Origin: Eledone cirrhosa
Taxonomy: Eukaryota
DNA: 64,000 nt
Reading direction: 5' to 3'
Assembly: GCA_964016885.1 (NCBI GenBank)
Contig: OZ024745.1
Coordinates: forward strand, 64,666,001-64,730,000
Each line of letters starts with the position of its first letter. Positions within the stretch are counted from its first letter, which is position 1. This document shows positions 28,601 to 43,400 of the stretch, one piece after another. The notes below the pieces were generated by a model that worked only from the letters and a program-made list of their open reading frames with translations, did not search any database and had not been told where the DNA came from. The translations under genes and the position numbers were made by a program.

Positions 28601-31600
28601 TGGGTGATCCATTTTTATTTGGAGATCCATTTTCTATTTGGGTGATCCATTTTTTAATTGGGTGATCCATTTTTTATTTGGGTGATCCATTTTTTATTTG
28701 GGGGATCCATTTTTTATTTGGGTGATCCATTTTTTATTTGGGTGGTCCATTTTTTATTTGGGTGATCCATTTTTTATTTGGGGGATCCATTTTTTATTTG
28801 GGTGATCCATTTTTTATTTGGGGATCCATTTTTTATTTGGGTGATCCATTTTTTATTTGGGTGATCCATTTTTTATTTGGGGGATACATTTTTTATTTGG
28901 GTGATCCATTTTTTATTTGGGGGGTCCATTTTTTATTTGGGGGATACATTTTTATTTGGGTGATCCATTTTTTATTTGGGGGATCCATTTTTTATTTGGG
29001 TGATCCCTTTTTTATTTGGGGGATCCATTTTTTATTTGGGTGATCCATTTTTTATTTGGGGGATCCAATTTTATTTGGGGGATCCATTTTTTATTTGGGT
29101 GATCCATTTTTTATTTGGGTGATCCATTTTTTATTTGAGGGATCCATTTTATATTTGGGTGATCCATTTTTTATTTGGGTGATCCATTTTTTATTAGGGG
29201 GATCCATTTTTTATTTGGGTGATCCATTTATATTTGGAGATCCATTTTTTATTTAGGTGGTCCATTTTATAATTGGGTGATCCATTTTTTATTTGGGGGA
29301 TCCATTTTTTATTTGGGGGATCCATTATTTATTTGGGTGATCCATTTTTTATTTGGGTGATCCATTTTTTATTTGGGTGATCCATTTTTTATTTCGGTGA
29401 TCCATTTTTTATTTGGGTGATCCATTTTTAATTTGGGGGATCCATTTTTTATTTGGGTGATCCATTTTTTATTTGGGTGATCCATTTTTTATTTGAGGGA
29501 TCCATTTTATATTTGGGTGATCCATTTTTTATTTGGGTGATCCATTTTTTATTTGGGTGATCCATTTTTTATTTGGGGGATCTATTTTTTATTTGGGGGA
29601 TCCATTTTTATTTGGGTGATCCATTTTTTATTTGGGTGATCCATTTTTTATTTGGGGGATCCATTTTTTATTTGGGTGATCCGTTTTTTATTTGGGGGAT
29701 CCATTTTTTATTTCGGGGATCCATTTTTTATTTGGGTGATTCATTTTTTATTTGGGGGATCCATTTTTTATTTGGGTGATCCATTTTTTTATTTGGGGGT
29801 GCATTTTTTATTTGGGTGATCCATTTTTTATTTGGGTGATCCATTTTTTATTTGGGGGATCCATTTTTTATTTGGGTCATCCATTTTTTATTTGGGGGAT
29901 CCATTTTTTATTTGGGGGATCCATTTTTTATTTTGTGTGATCCATTTTTTATTAGGGGGATCCATTTTTTATTTGGGTGATCCCTTTTTATTTGTAGATC
30001 CATTTTTTATTTGGGTGATCCATTTTTTAATTGGATGATCCATTTTTTATTTGGGGGATCCATTTTTTGTTTGGGGGATCCATTATTTATTTGGGTGATC
30101 CATTTTTTATTTGGGTGATCCATTTTTTATTTGGGGGATCCATTTTTTATTTGGGTGATCCATTTTTTATTTGGATGATCCATTTTTTAATTGGGGGATC
30201 CATTTTTTATTTAGTTGATCCATTTTTTAATTGGGTGATCCATTTTTTATTTGGGGGATCCATTTTTTATTTGGGGGATCCATTTTTTATTTGGGGGATC
30301 CATTGTTTATTTGGGTGATCCATTTTTTATTTGGGTGATCCATTTTTTATTTGGGGGATCCATTTTTTATTTGGGGGATCCATTTTTTATTTGGGTGATC
30401 CATTTTTTATTTGGGTGATCCATTTTTTTTATTTGGGGGTCCATTTTTTATTTGGGTGATCCATTTTTTATTTGGGTGATCCATTTTTTATTTGGGGGAT
30501 CCATTTTTTATTTGGCTCATCCATTTTTTATTTGGGGGATCCATTTTTTATTTGGGGGATCCATTTTTTATTTTGTGTGATCCATTTTTTATTAGGGGGA
30601 TCCATTTTTTATTTGGGTGATCCATTTTTATTTGTAGATCCATTTTTTATTTGGGTGATCCATTTTTTAATTGGATGATCCATTTTTTATTTGGGGGATC
30701 CATTTTTTGTTTGGGGGATCCATTATTTATTTGGGTGATCCATTTTTTATTTGGGTGATCCATTTTTTATTTGGGGGATCCATTTTTTATTTGGGTGATC
30801 CATTTTTTATTTGGGTGATCCATTTTTTAATTGGGGGATCCATTTTTTATTTAGTTGATCCATTTTTTAATTGGGTGATCCATTTTTTATTTGGGGGATC
30901 CATTTTTTATTTGGGGGATCCATTTTTTATTTGGGGGATCCATTGTTTATTTGGGTGATCCATTTTTTATTTGGGTGATCCATTTTTTATTTGGGGGATC
31001 CATTTTTTATTTGGGGGATCCATTTTTTATTTGGGTGATCCATTTTTTATTTGGGTGATCCATTTTTTATTTGGGTGATCCATTTTTTATTTGGGGGATC
31101 CATTTTTTATTTGGGTGATCCATTTTTTATTTGGGTGATACATTTTTTATTTGGGGGATCCATTTTTTATTTGGGTGATCCATTTTTTATTTGGGGGATC
31201 CATTTTTTATTTGGGGGATCCATTTTTTATTTGGGTGATCCATTTTTTATTTGGGTGATCCATTTTTTATTTGGGGGGATCCATTTTTAATTTGGGTGAT
31301 CCATTTTTTATTTGGGGGATCCATTTTTTATTTGGGTGATCCATTTTTTATTTGGGGGATCCATTTTTTATTTGGGTGATCCATTTTTTTATTTGGGTGA
31401 TCCATTTTTTAATTGGGTGATCCATTTTTTATTTGGGGGATCCATTTTTTATTTGGGTGATCCATTTTTTATTTGGATGGTCCATTTTTTATTTGGGTGA
31501 TCCATAGTTTATTTGGGGGATCCATTTTTTATTTGGGTGATCCATTTTTTAATTGGGGATCCATTTTTTATTTGGGTGATCCATTTTTTATTTGGGTGAT

Positions 31601-34440
31601 CCATTTTTTATTTGGGGGATCCATTTTTTATTTGGGTGATCCATTTTTAATTTGGGGGTCCATTTTTTATTTGGGGGATCCATTTTTATTTGGGTGATCC
31701 ATTTTTTATTTGGGGGATCCATTTTTTATTTGGGTGATCCATTTTTTATTTGGGTTGATCCCTTTTTTATTTGGGGGATCCATTTTTTATTTGGGTGATC
31801 CATTTTTTATTTGGGGGATCCATTTTTTATTTGGGGGATCCATTTTTTATTTGGTTGATCCATTTTTTATTAGGGGGATCCATTTTTTATTTGGGTGATC
31901 CATTTTAATTTGGAGATCCATTTTTTGTTTAGGTGATCCATTTTATAATTGGGTGATCCATTTTTTATTTGGGGGATCCATTTTTTATTTGGGGGATCCA
32001 TTATTTATTTGGGTGATCCATTTTTTATTTGGGTGATCCATTTTTTATTTGGGTGATCCATTTTTTATTTGGGTGATCCATTTTTTATTTGGGTGATCCA
32101 TTTTTTATTTGGGGGATCCATTTTTTATTTGGGTGATCCATTTTTTATTTGGGTGATCCATTTTTTATTTGAGGGATCCATTTTATATTTGGGTGATCCA
32201 TTTTTTATTTGGGTGATCCATTTTTTATTTGGGGGATCCATTTTTTATTTGGGGGATCCATTTTTTATTTGGGGGATCCATTTTTTATTTGGGGGATCCA
32301 TTTTTTATTTCGGGGATCCATTTTTTATTTGGGTGATTCATTTTTTATTTGGGGGATCCATTTTTTATTTGGGTGATCCATTTTTTTTATTTGTGGGTCC
32401 ATTTTTTATTTGGGTGATCCATTTTTTATTTGGATGATCCATTTTTTAATTGGGTGATCCATTTTTATTTGGGTGATCCATTTTTTACTTGGGGGATCCA
32501 TTTTTTATTTGGGTGATCCATTTTTTATTTTGCTGATTCATTTTTTATTTGGGTGATCCATTTTTTATTTGGGGGATCCATTTTTTATTTGGGTGAACCA
32601 TTTTTTATTTGGGAGATCCATTTTTTATTTGGGTGATCCATTTTTTATTTGGGTGATCCATTTTTTATTTGGGGGATCCATTTTTTATTTGGGTGATCCA
32701 TTTTTTATTTGGGTGATCCATTTTTTATTTGGGGGATCCATTTTTTATTTCGGGGATCCATTTTTTATTTGGGTGATCCATTTTTATTTGGAGATCCATT
32801 TTGTATTTGGGTGATCCATTTTTTAATTGGGTGATCCATTTTTTATTTGGGTGACCCATTTTTTATTTGGGGGATCCATTTTTTATTTGGGTGATCCATT
32901 TTTTATTTGGGGGATCCATTGTTTATTTGGGTGATCCATTTTTTATTTGGGGGATCCATTTTGTATTTGGGTGATCCATTTTTTATTTGGGTGATCCATT
33001 TTTTATTTGGGTGATCCATTTTTTATTTGTGGGATCCATTTTTTATTTGGGTGATCCATTTTTTATTTGGGGGTCCTTTTTTTATTTGGGTGATCCATTT
33101 TTTATTTGGGTGATCCATTTTTTATTTGGGGGATCCATTTTTTATTTGGGTGATCCATTTTTTATTTGGGTGATCCATTTTTTATTTGGGGGATCCATTT
33201 TTTATTTGGGTGATCCATTTTTTATTTGGGGGATCCATTTTTTATTTGGGGGATCCATTTTTTATTTGGGTGATCCATTTTTTATATGGGTGATCCATTT
33301 TTTATTTGGGGGGATCCATTTTTAATTTGGGTGATCCATTTTTTATTTGGGGGATCCATTTTTTATTTGGGTGATCCATTTTTTATTTGGGGGATCCATT
33401 TTTTATTTGGGTGATCCATTTTTTATTTGGGTGATCAATTTTTTAATTGGGTGATCCATTTTTTATTTGGGGGATCCATTTTTTATTTGGGTGATCCATT
33501 TTTTAGTTGGGTGGTCCATTTTTTATTTGGGTGATCCATTTTTTATTTGGGGGATCCATTTTTTATTTGGGTGATCCATTTTTTATTTGGGGATCCATTT
33601 TTTATTTGGGTGATCCATTTTTTATTTGGGTGATCCATTTTTTATTTGGGGGATCCATTTTTTATTTGGGTGATCCATTTTTTATTTGGGGATCCATTTT
33701 TTATTTGGGTGATCCATTTTTTATTTGGGTGATCCATTTTTTATTTGGGGGATCCATTTTTTATTTGGGTGATCCATTTTTTATTTGGGGGTCCATTTTT
33801 TATTTGGGGGATCCATTTTTATTTGGGTGATCCATTTTTTATTTGGGGGATCCATTTTTTATTTGGGTGATCCATTTTTTATTTGGGTTGATCCCTTTTT
33901 TATTTGGGGGATCCATTTTTTATTTGGGTGATCCATTTTTTATTTGGGGGATCCATTTTTTATTTGGGGGATCCATTTTTTATTTGGTTGATCCATTTTT
34001 TATTAGGGGGATCCATTTTTTATTTGGGTGATCCATTTTAATTTGGAGATCCATTTTTTGTTTAGGTGATCCATTTTATAATTGGGTGATCCATTCTTTA
34101 TTTGGGGGATCCATTTTTTATTTGGGGGATCCATTTTTTATTTGGGTGATCCATTTTTTATTTGGGGGATCCATTTTTTATTTGGGTGATCCATTTTTTA
34201 TTTGGGGGATCCATTTTTTATTTGGGTGATCCATTTTTTATTTGGGTGATCAATTTTTTAATTGGGTGATCCATTTTTTATTTGGGGGATCCATTTTTTA
34301 TTTGGGTGATCCATTTTTTAGTTGGGTGGTCCATTTTTTATTTGGGTGATCCATTTTTTATTTGGGGGATCCATTTTTTATTTGGGTGATCCATTTTTTA
34401 TTTGGGGATCCATTTTTTATTTGGGTGATCCATTTTTTAT
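19660..34440 (+). repeat. Near-tandem duplication of a ~7.5-kb higher-order unit (copy 1 ~19660-26880, copy 2 ~27180-34440)
   Basis: Constant offsets of 7,518 and then 7,558/7,557 across about 17 ORF pairs (19886/27404, 21180/28738, 23916/31473, 26286/33843). Rare markers CCATAGTTT (ATAG at 23947/31504), GATCCAATTTTATT, GGGTGCAT, TTTTCTATT. Confidence 0.92.
22240..23500 (+). repeat. Nested tandem duplication of a 640-bp unit (32 monomers); also at ~29800-31060, and partly deleted at ~38430-39370
   Basis: ORF pairs 22275/22915, 22474/23114 and 29832/30472 (offset 640), versus 38467/38789 (offset 322). Markers GGTCATCC, TTTTGTGTGATCC, GTAGATCC, TTAGTTGATCC. Confidence 0.88.
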
Positions 34441-37400
34441 TTGGGTGATCCATTTTTTATTTGGGGGATCCATTTTTTATTTGGGTGATCCATTTTTTAT
34501 TTGGGGATCCATTTTTTATTTGGGTGATCCATTTTTTATTTGGGTGATCCATTTTTTATTTGGGGGATCCATTTTTTATTTGGGTGATCCATTTTTTATT
34601 TGGGGGTCCATTTTTTATTTGGGGGATCCATTTTTATTTGGGTGATCCATTTTTTATTTGGGGGATCCATTTTTTATTTGGGTGATCCATTTTTTATTTG
34701 GGTTGATCCCTTTTTTATTTGGGGGATCCATTTTTTATTTGGGTGATCCATTTTTTATTTGGGGGATCCATTTTTTATTTGGGGGATCCATTTTTTATTT
34801 GGTTGATCCATTTTTTATTAGGGGGATCCATTTTTTATTTGGGTGATCCATTTTAATTTGGAGATCCATTTTTTGTTTAGGTGATCCATTTTATAATTGG
34901 GTGATCCATTCTTTATTTGGGGGATCCATTTTTTATTTGGGGGATCCATTTTTTATTTGGGTGATCCATTTTTTATTTTGCTGATTCATTTTTTATTTGG
35001 GTGATCCATTTTTTATTTGGGGGATCCATTTTTTATTTGGGTGAACCATTTTTTATTTGGGAGATCCATTTTTTATTTGGGTGATCCATTTTTTATTTGG
35101 GTGATCCATTTTTTATTTGGGGGATCCATTTTTTATTTGGGTGATCCATTTTTTATTTGGGTGATCCATTTTTTATTTGGGGGATCCATTTTTTATTTGG
35201 GTGATCCTTTTTTATTTGGAGATCCATTTTGTATTTGGGTGATCCATTTTTTAATTGGGTGATCCATTTTTTATTTGGGTGATCCATTTTTTATTTGGGG
35301 GATCCATTTTTTATTTGGGTGATCCATTTTTTATTTGGGGATCCATTTTTTATTTGGGTGATCCATTTTTTATTTGGGTGATCCATTTTTTATTTGGGGG
35401 ATACATTTTTTATTTGGGTGATCCATTTTTTATTTGGGGGGGTCCATTTTTTATTTGGGGGATCCATTTTTTATTTGGGTGATCCATTTTTTATTTGGGG
35501 GATCCATTTTTTATTTGGGGGATTCATTTTTTATTTGGGTGATCCATTTTTTATTAGGGGGATCCATTTTTTATTTGGGTGATCCATTTTTATTTGGAGA
35601 TCCATTTTTTATTTAGGTGATCCATTTTATAATTGGGTGATCCATTTTTTATTTGGGGGATCCATTTTTTATTTGGGGGATCCATTATTTATTTGGGTGA
35701 TCCATTTTTTATTTGGGTGATCCATTTTTTATTTGGGTGATCCATTTTTTATTTGGGTGATCCATTTTTTATTTGGGTGATCCATTTTTTATTTGGGGGA
35801 TCCATTTTTTATTTGGGTGATCCATTTTTTATTTGGGGGATCCATTTTTTATTTGGGTGATCCATTTTTTATTTGGGGGATCCATTTTTTATTTCGGGGA
35901 TCCATTTTTTATTTGGGTGATTCATTTTTTATTTGGGGGATCCATTTTTTATTTTGGGTGATCCATTTTTTATTAGGGGGATCCATTTTTTATTTGGGTG
36001 ATCCATTTTTATTTGTAGATCCATTTTTTATTTGGGTGATCCATTTTTTAATTGGATGATCCATTTTTTATTTGGGGGATCCATTTTTTATTTGGGGGAT
36101 CCATTATTTATTTGGGTGATCCATTTTTTATTTGGGTGGTCCATTTTTTATTCGGGGGATCCATTTTTTATTTGGGTGATCCATTTTTTATTTGGGTGAT
36201 CCATTTTTTAATTGGGGATCCATTTTTTATTTAGTTGATCCATTTTTTAATTGGGTGATGCGTTTTTTATTTGGGGGATCCATTTTTTATTTGGGGGATC
36301 CATTTTTTATTTGGGGGATCCATTGTTTATTTGGGTGATCCATTTTTTATTTGGGTGATCCATTTTTTATTTGGGGGATCCATTTTGTATTTGGGTGATC
36401 CATTTTTTATTTGGGTGATCCATTTTTTATTTGGGTGATCCATTTTTTATTTGTGGGATCCATTTTTTATTTGGGTGATCCATTTTTTATTTGGGGGATC
36501 CTTTTTTTATTTGGGTGATCCATTTTTTATTTGGGTGATGCATTTTTTATTTGGGGGATCCATTTTTTTATTTGGGTGATCCATTTTTTATTTGGGTGAT
36601 CCATTTTTTATTTGGGGGATCCATTTTTTATTTGGGTGATCCATTTTTTATTTGGGGGATCCATTTTTTATTTGGGGGATCCATTTTTTATTTGGGTGAT
36701 CAATTTTTTATATGTGTGATCCATTTTTTATTTGGGAGGATCCATTTTTAATTTGGGTGATCCATTTTTTATTTGGGGGATCCATTTTTTATTTGGGTGA
36801 TCCATTTTTTATTTGGGGGATCCATTTTTTATTTGGGTGATCCATTTTTTATTTGGGTGATCCATTTTTTAATTGGGTGATCCATTTTTTATTTGGGGGA
36901 TCCATTTTTTATTTGGGTGATCCATTTTTTAGTTGGGTGGTCCATTTTTTATTTGGGTGATCCATTTTTTATTTGGGGGATCCATTTTTTATTTGGGTGA
37001 TCCATTTTTTATTTGGGGATCCATTTTTTATTTGGGTGATCCATTTTTTCTTTGGGTGATCCATTTTTTATTTGGGGGATCCATTTTTTATTTGGGTGAT
37101 TCATTTTTTATTTGGGGGGTCCATTTTTTATTTGGGGGATCCATTTTTATTTGGGTGATCCATTTTTTATTTGGGGGATCCATTTTTTATTTGGGTGATC
37201 CATTTTTTATTTGGGTTGATCCCTTTTTTATTTGGGGGATCCATTTTTTATTTGGGTGATCCATTTTTTATTTGGAGGATCCATTTTTTATTTGGGTGAT
37301 CCATTTTTTATTTGAGGGATCCATTTTATATTTGGGTGATCCATTTTTTATTTGGGGGATCCATTATTTATTTGGGTGATCCATTTTTTATTTGGGTGAT

Positions 37401-40400
37401 CCATTTTTTATTTGGGTGATCCATTTTTTATTTGGGTGATCCATTTTTTATTTGGGGATCCATTTTTTATTTGGGTGATCCATTTTTTATTTGGGTGATC
37501 CATTTTTTATTTGGGGGATACATTTTTTATTTGGGTGATCCATTTTTTATTTGGGGGGTCCATTTTTTATTTGGGGGATACATTTTTATTTGGGTGATCC
37601 ATTTTTTATTTAGGGGATCCATTTTTTATTTGGGTGATCCCTTTTTTATTTGGGGGATCCATTTTTTATTTGGGTGATCCATTTTTTATTTGGGGGATCC
37701 AATTTTATTTGGGGGATCCATTTTTTATTTGGGTGATCCATTTTTTATTTGGGTGATCCATTTTTTATTTGAGGGATCCATTTTATATTTGGGTGATCCA
37801 TTTTTTATTTGGGTGATCCATTTTTTATTAGGGGGATCCATTTTTTATTTGGGTGATCCATTTATATTTGGAGATCCATTTTTTATTTAGGTGGTCCATT
37901 TTATAATTGGGTGATCCATTTTTTATTTGGGGGATCCATTTTTTATTTGGGGGATCCATTATTTATTTGGGTGATCCATTTTTTATTTGGGTGATCCATT
38001 TTTTATTTGGGTGATCCATTTTTTATTTCGGTGATCCATTTTTTATTTGGGTGATCCATTTTTAATTTGGGGGATCCATTTTTTATTTGGGTGATCCATT
38101 TTTTATTTGGGTGATCCATTTTTTATTTGAGGGATCCATTTTATATTTGGGTGATCCATTTTTTATTTGGGTGATCCATTTTTTATTTGGGTGATCCATT
38201 TTTTATTTGGGGGATCTATTTTTTATTTGGGGGATCCATTTTTTATTTGGGTGATCCATTTTTTATTTGGGTGATCCATTTTTTATTTGGGGGATCCATT
38301 TTTTATTTGGGTGATCCGTTTTTTATTTGGGGGATCCATTTTTTATTTCGGGGATCCATTTTTTATTTGGGTGATTCATTTTTTATTTGGGGGATCCATT
38401 TTTTATTTGGGTGATCCATTTTTTTATTTGGGGGTGCATTTTTTATTTGGGTGATCCATTTTTTATTTGGGTGATCCATTTTTTATTTGGGGGATCCATT
38501 TTTTATTTGGGTCATCCATTTTTTATTTGGGGGATCCATTTTTTATTTGGGGGATCCATTTTTTATTTTGTGTGATCCATTTTTTATTAGGGGGATCCAT
38601 TTTTTATTTGGGTGATCCATTGTTTATTTGGGTGATCCATTTTTTATTTGGGTGATCCATTTTTTATTTGGGGGATCCATTTTTTATTTGGGGGATCCAT
38701 TTTTTATTTGGGTGATCCATTTTTTATTTGGGTGATCCATTTTTTTTATTTGGGGGTCCATTTTTTATTTGGGTGATCCATTTTTTATTTGGGTGATCCA
38801 TTTTTTATTTGGGGGATCCATTTTTTATTTGGGTCATCCATTTTTTATTTGGGGGATCCATTTTTTATTTGGGGGATCCATTTTTTATTTTGTGTGATCC
38901 ATTTTTTATTAGGGGGATCCATTTTTTATTTGGGTGATCCATTTTTATTTGTAGATCCATTTTTTATTTGGGTGATCCATTTTTTAATTGGATGATCCAT
39001 TTTTTATTTGGGGGATCCATTTTTTGTTTGGGGGATCCATTATTTATTTGGGTGATCCATTTTTTATTTGGGTGATCCATTTTTTATTTGGGGGATCCAT
39101 TTTTTATTTGGGTGATCCATTTTTTATTTGGGTGATCCATTTTTTAATTGGGGGATCCATTTTTTATTTAGTTGATCCATTTTTTAATTGGGTGATCCAT
39201 TTTTTATTTGGGGGATCCATTTTTTATTTGGGGGATCCATTTTTTATTTGGGGGATCCATTGTTTATTTGGGTGATCCATTTTTTATTTGGGTGATCCAT
39301 TTTTTATTTGGGGGATCCATTTTTTATTTGGGGGATCCATTTTTTATTTGGGTGATCCATTTTTTATTTGGGTGATCCATTTTTTATTTGGGTGATCCAT
39401 TTTTTATTTGGGGGATCCATTTTTTATTTGGGTGATCCATTTTTTATTTGGGTGATACATTTTTTATTTGGGGGATCCATTTTTTATTTGGGTGATCCAT
39501 TTTTTATTTGGGGGATCCATTTTTTATTTGGGGGATCCATTTTTTATTTGGGTGATCCATTTTTTATTTGGGTGATCCATTTTTTATTTGGGGGGATCCA
39601 TTTTTAATTTGGGTGATCCATTTTTTATTTGGGGGATCCATTTTTTATTTGGGTGATCCATTTTTTATTTGGGGGATCCATTTTTTATTTGGGTGATCCA
39701 TTTTTTTATTTGGGTGATCCATTTTTTAATTGGGTGATCCATTTTTTATTTGGGGGATCCATTTTTTATTTGGGTGATCCATTTTTTATTTGGATGGTCC
39801 ATTTTTTATTTGGGTGATCCATAGTTTATTTGGGGGATCCATTTTTTATTTGGGTGATCCATTTTTTATTTGGGGATCCATTTTTTATTTGGGTGATCCA
39901 TTTTTTATTTGGGTGATCCATTTTTTATTTGGGGGATCCATTTTTTATTTGGGTGATCCATTTTTAATTTGGGGGTCCATTTTTTATTTGGGGGATCCAT
40001 TTTTATTTGGGTGATCCATTTTTTATTTGGGGGATCCATTTTTTATTTGGGTGATCCATTTTTTATTTGGGTTGATCCCTTTTTTATTTGGGGGATCCAT
40101 TTTTTATTTGGGTGATCCATTTTTTATTTGGGGGATCCATTTTTTATTTGGGGGATCCATTTTTTATTTGGTTGATCCATTTTTTATTAGGGGGATCCAT
40201 TTTTTATTTGGGTGATCCATTTTAATTTGGAGATCCATTTTTTGTTTAGGTGATCCATTTTATAATTGGGTGATCCATTTTTTATTTGGGGGATCCATTT
40301 TTTATTTGGGGGATCCATTATTTATTTGGGTGATCCATTTTTTATTTGGGTGATCCATTTTTTATTTGGGTGATCCATTTTTTATTTGGGTGATCCATTT

Positions 40401-43400
40401 TTTATTTGGGTGATCCATTTTTTATTTGGGGGATCCATTTTTTATTTGGGTGATCCATTTTTTATTTGGGTGATCCATTTTTTATTTGAGGGATCCATTT
40501 TATATTTGGGTGATCCATTTTTTATTTGGGTGATCCATTTTTTATTTGGGGGATCCATTTTTTATTTGGGGGATCCATTTTTTATTTGGGGGATCCATTT
40601 TTTATTTGGGGGATCCATTTTTTATTTCGGGGATCCATTTTTTATTTGGGTGATTCATTTTTTATTTGGGGGATCCATTTTTTATTTGGGTGATCCATTT
40701 TTTTTATTTGTGGGTCCATTTTTTATTTGGGTGATCCATTTTTTATTTGGATGATCCATTTTTTAATTGGGTGATCCATTTTTATTTGGGTGATCCATTT
40801 TTTACTTGGGGGATCCATTTTTTATTTGGGTGATCCATTTTTTATTTTGCTGATTCATTTTTTATTTGGGTGATCCATTTTTTATTTGGGGGATCCATTT
40901 TTTATTTGGGTGAACCATTTTTTATTTGGGAGATCCATTTTTTATTTGGGTGATCCATTTTTTATTTGGGTGATCCATTTTTTATTTGGGGGATCCATTT
41001 TTTATTTGGGTGATCCATTTTTTATTTGGGTGATCCATTTTTTATTTGGGGGATCCATTTTTTATTTCGGGGATCCATTTTTTATTTGGGTGATCCATTT
41101 TTATTTGGAGATCCATTTTGTATTTGGGTGATCCATTTTTTAATTGGGTGATCCATTTTTTATTTGGGTGACCCATTTTTTATTTGGGGGATCCATTTTT
41201 TATTTGGGTGATCCATTTTTTATTTGGGGGATCCATTGTTTATTTGGGTGATCCATTTTTTATTTGGGGGATCCATTTTGTATTTGGGTGATCCATTTTT
41301 TATTTGGGTGATCCATTTTTTATTTGGGTGATCCATTTTTTATTTGTGGGATCCATTTTTTATTTGGGTGATCCATTTTTTATTTGGGGGTCCTTTTTTT
41401 ATTTGGGTGATCCATTTTTTATTTGGGTGATCCATTTTTTATTTGGGGGATCCATTTTTTATTTGGGTGATCCATTTTTTATTTGGGGGATCCATTTTTT
41501 ATTTGGGTGATCCATTTTTTATTTGGGGGATCCATTTTTTATTTGGGGGATCCATTTTTTATTTGGGTGATCCATTTTTTATATGGGTGATCCATTTTTT
41601 ATTTGGGGGGATCCATTTTTAATTTGGGTGATCCATTTTTTATTTGGGGGATCCATTTTTTATTTGGGTGATCCATTTTTTATTTGGGGGATCCATTTTT
41701 TATTTGGGTGATCCATTTTTTATTTGGGTGATCAATTTTTTAATTGGGTGATCCATTTTTTATTTGGGGGATCCATTTTTTATTTGGGTGATCCATTTTT
41801 TAGTTGGGTGGTCCATTTTTTATTTGGGTGATCCATTTTTTATTTGGGGGATCCATTTTTTATTTGGGTGATCCATTTTTTATTTGGGGATCCATTTTTT
41901 ATTTGGGTGATCCATTTTTTATTTGGGTGATCCATTTTTTATTTGGGGGATCCATTTTTTATTTGGGTGATCCATTTTTTATTTGGGGATCCATTTTTTA
42001 TTTGGGTGATCCATTTTTTATTTGGGTGATCCATTTTTTATTTGGGGGATCCATTTTTTATTTGGGTGATCCATTTTTTATTTGGGGGTCCATTTTTTAT
42101 TTGGGGGATCCATTTTTATTTGGGTGATCCATTTTTTATTTGGGGGATCCATTTTTTATTTGGGTGATCCATTTTTTATTTGGGTTGATCCCTTTTTTAT
42201 TTGGGGGATCCATTTTTTATTTGGGTGATCCATTTTTTATTTGGGGGATCCATTTTTTATTTGGGGGATCCATTTTTTATTTGGTTGATCCATTTTTTAT
42301 TAGGGGGATCCATTTTTTATTTGGGTGATCCATTTTAATTTGGAGATCCATTTTTTGTTTAGGTGATCCATTTTATAATTGGGTGATCCATTCTTTATTT
42401 GGGGGATCCATTTTTTATTTGGGGGATCCATTTTTTATTTGGGTGATCCATTTTTTATTTGGGGGATCCATTTTTTATTTGGGTGATCCATTTTTTATTT
42501 GGGGGATCCATTTTTTATTTGGGTGATCCATTTTTTATTTGGGTGATCAATTTTTTAATTGGGTGATCCATTTTTTATTTGGGGGATCCATTTTTTATTT
42601 GGGTGATCCATTTTTTAGTTGGGTGGTCCATTTTTTATTTGGGTGATCCATTTTTTATTTGGGGGATCCATTTTTTATTTGGGTGATCCATTTTTTATTT
42701 GGGGATCCATTTTTTATTTGGGTGATCCATTTTTTATTTGGGTGATCCATTTTTTATTTGGGGGATCCATTTTTTATTTGGGTGATCCATTTTTTATTTG
42801 GGGATCCATTTTTTATTTGGGTGATCCATTTTTTATTTGGGTGATCCATTTTTTATTTGGGGGATCCATTTTTTATTTGGGTGATCCATTTTTTATTTGG
42901 GGGTCCATTTTTTATTTGGGGGATCCATTTTTATTTGGGTGATCCATTTTTTATTTGGGGGATCCATTTTTTATTTGGGTGATCCATTTTTTATTTGGGT
43001 TGATCCCTTTTTTATTTGGGGGATCCATTTTTTATTTGGGTGATCCATTTTTTATTTGGGGGATCCATTTTTTATTTGGGGGATCCATTTTTTATTTGGT
43101 TGATCCATTTTTTATTAGGGGGATCCATTTTTTATTTGGGTGATCCATTTTAATTTGGAGATCCATTTTTTGTTTAGGTGATCCATTTTATAATTGGGTG
43201 ATCCATTCTTTATTTGGGGGATCCATTTTTTATTTGGGGGATCCATTTTTTATTTGGGTGATCCATTTTTTATTTTGCTGATTCATTTTTTATTTGGGTG
43301 ATCCATTTTTTATTTGGGGGGATCCATTTTTTATTTAAGTGAACCATTTTTTATTTGGGAGATCCATTTTTTATTTGGGTGATCCATTTTTTATTTGGGT

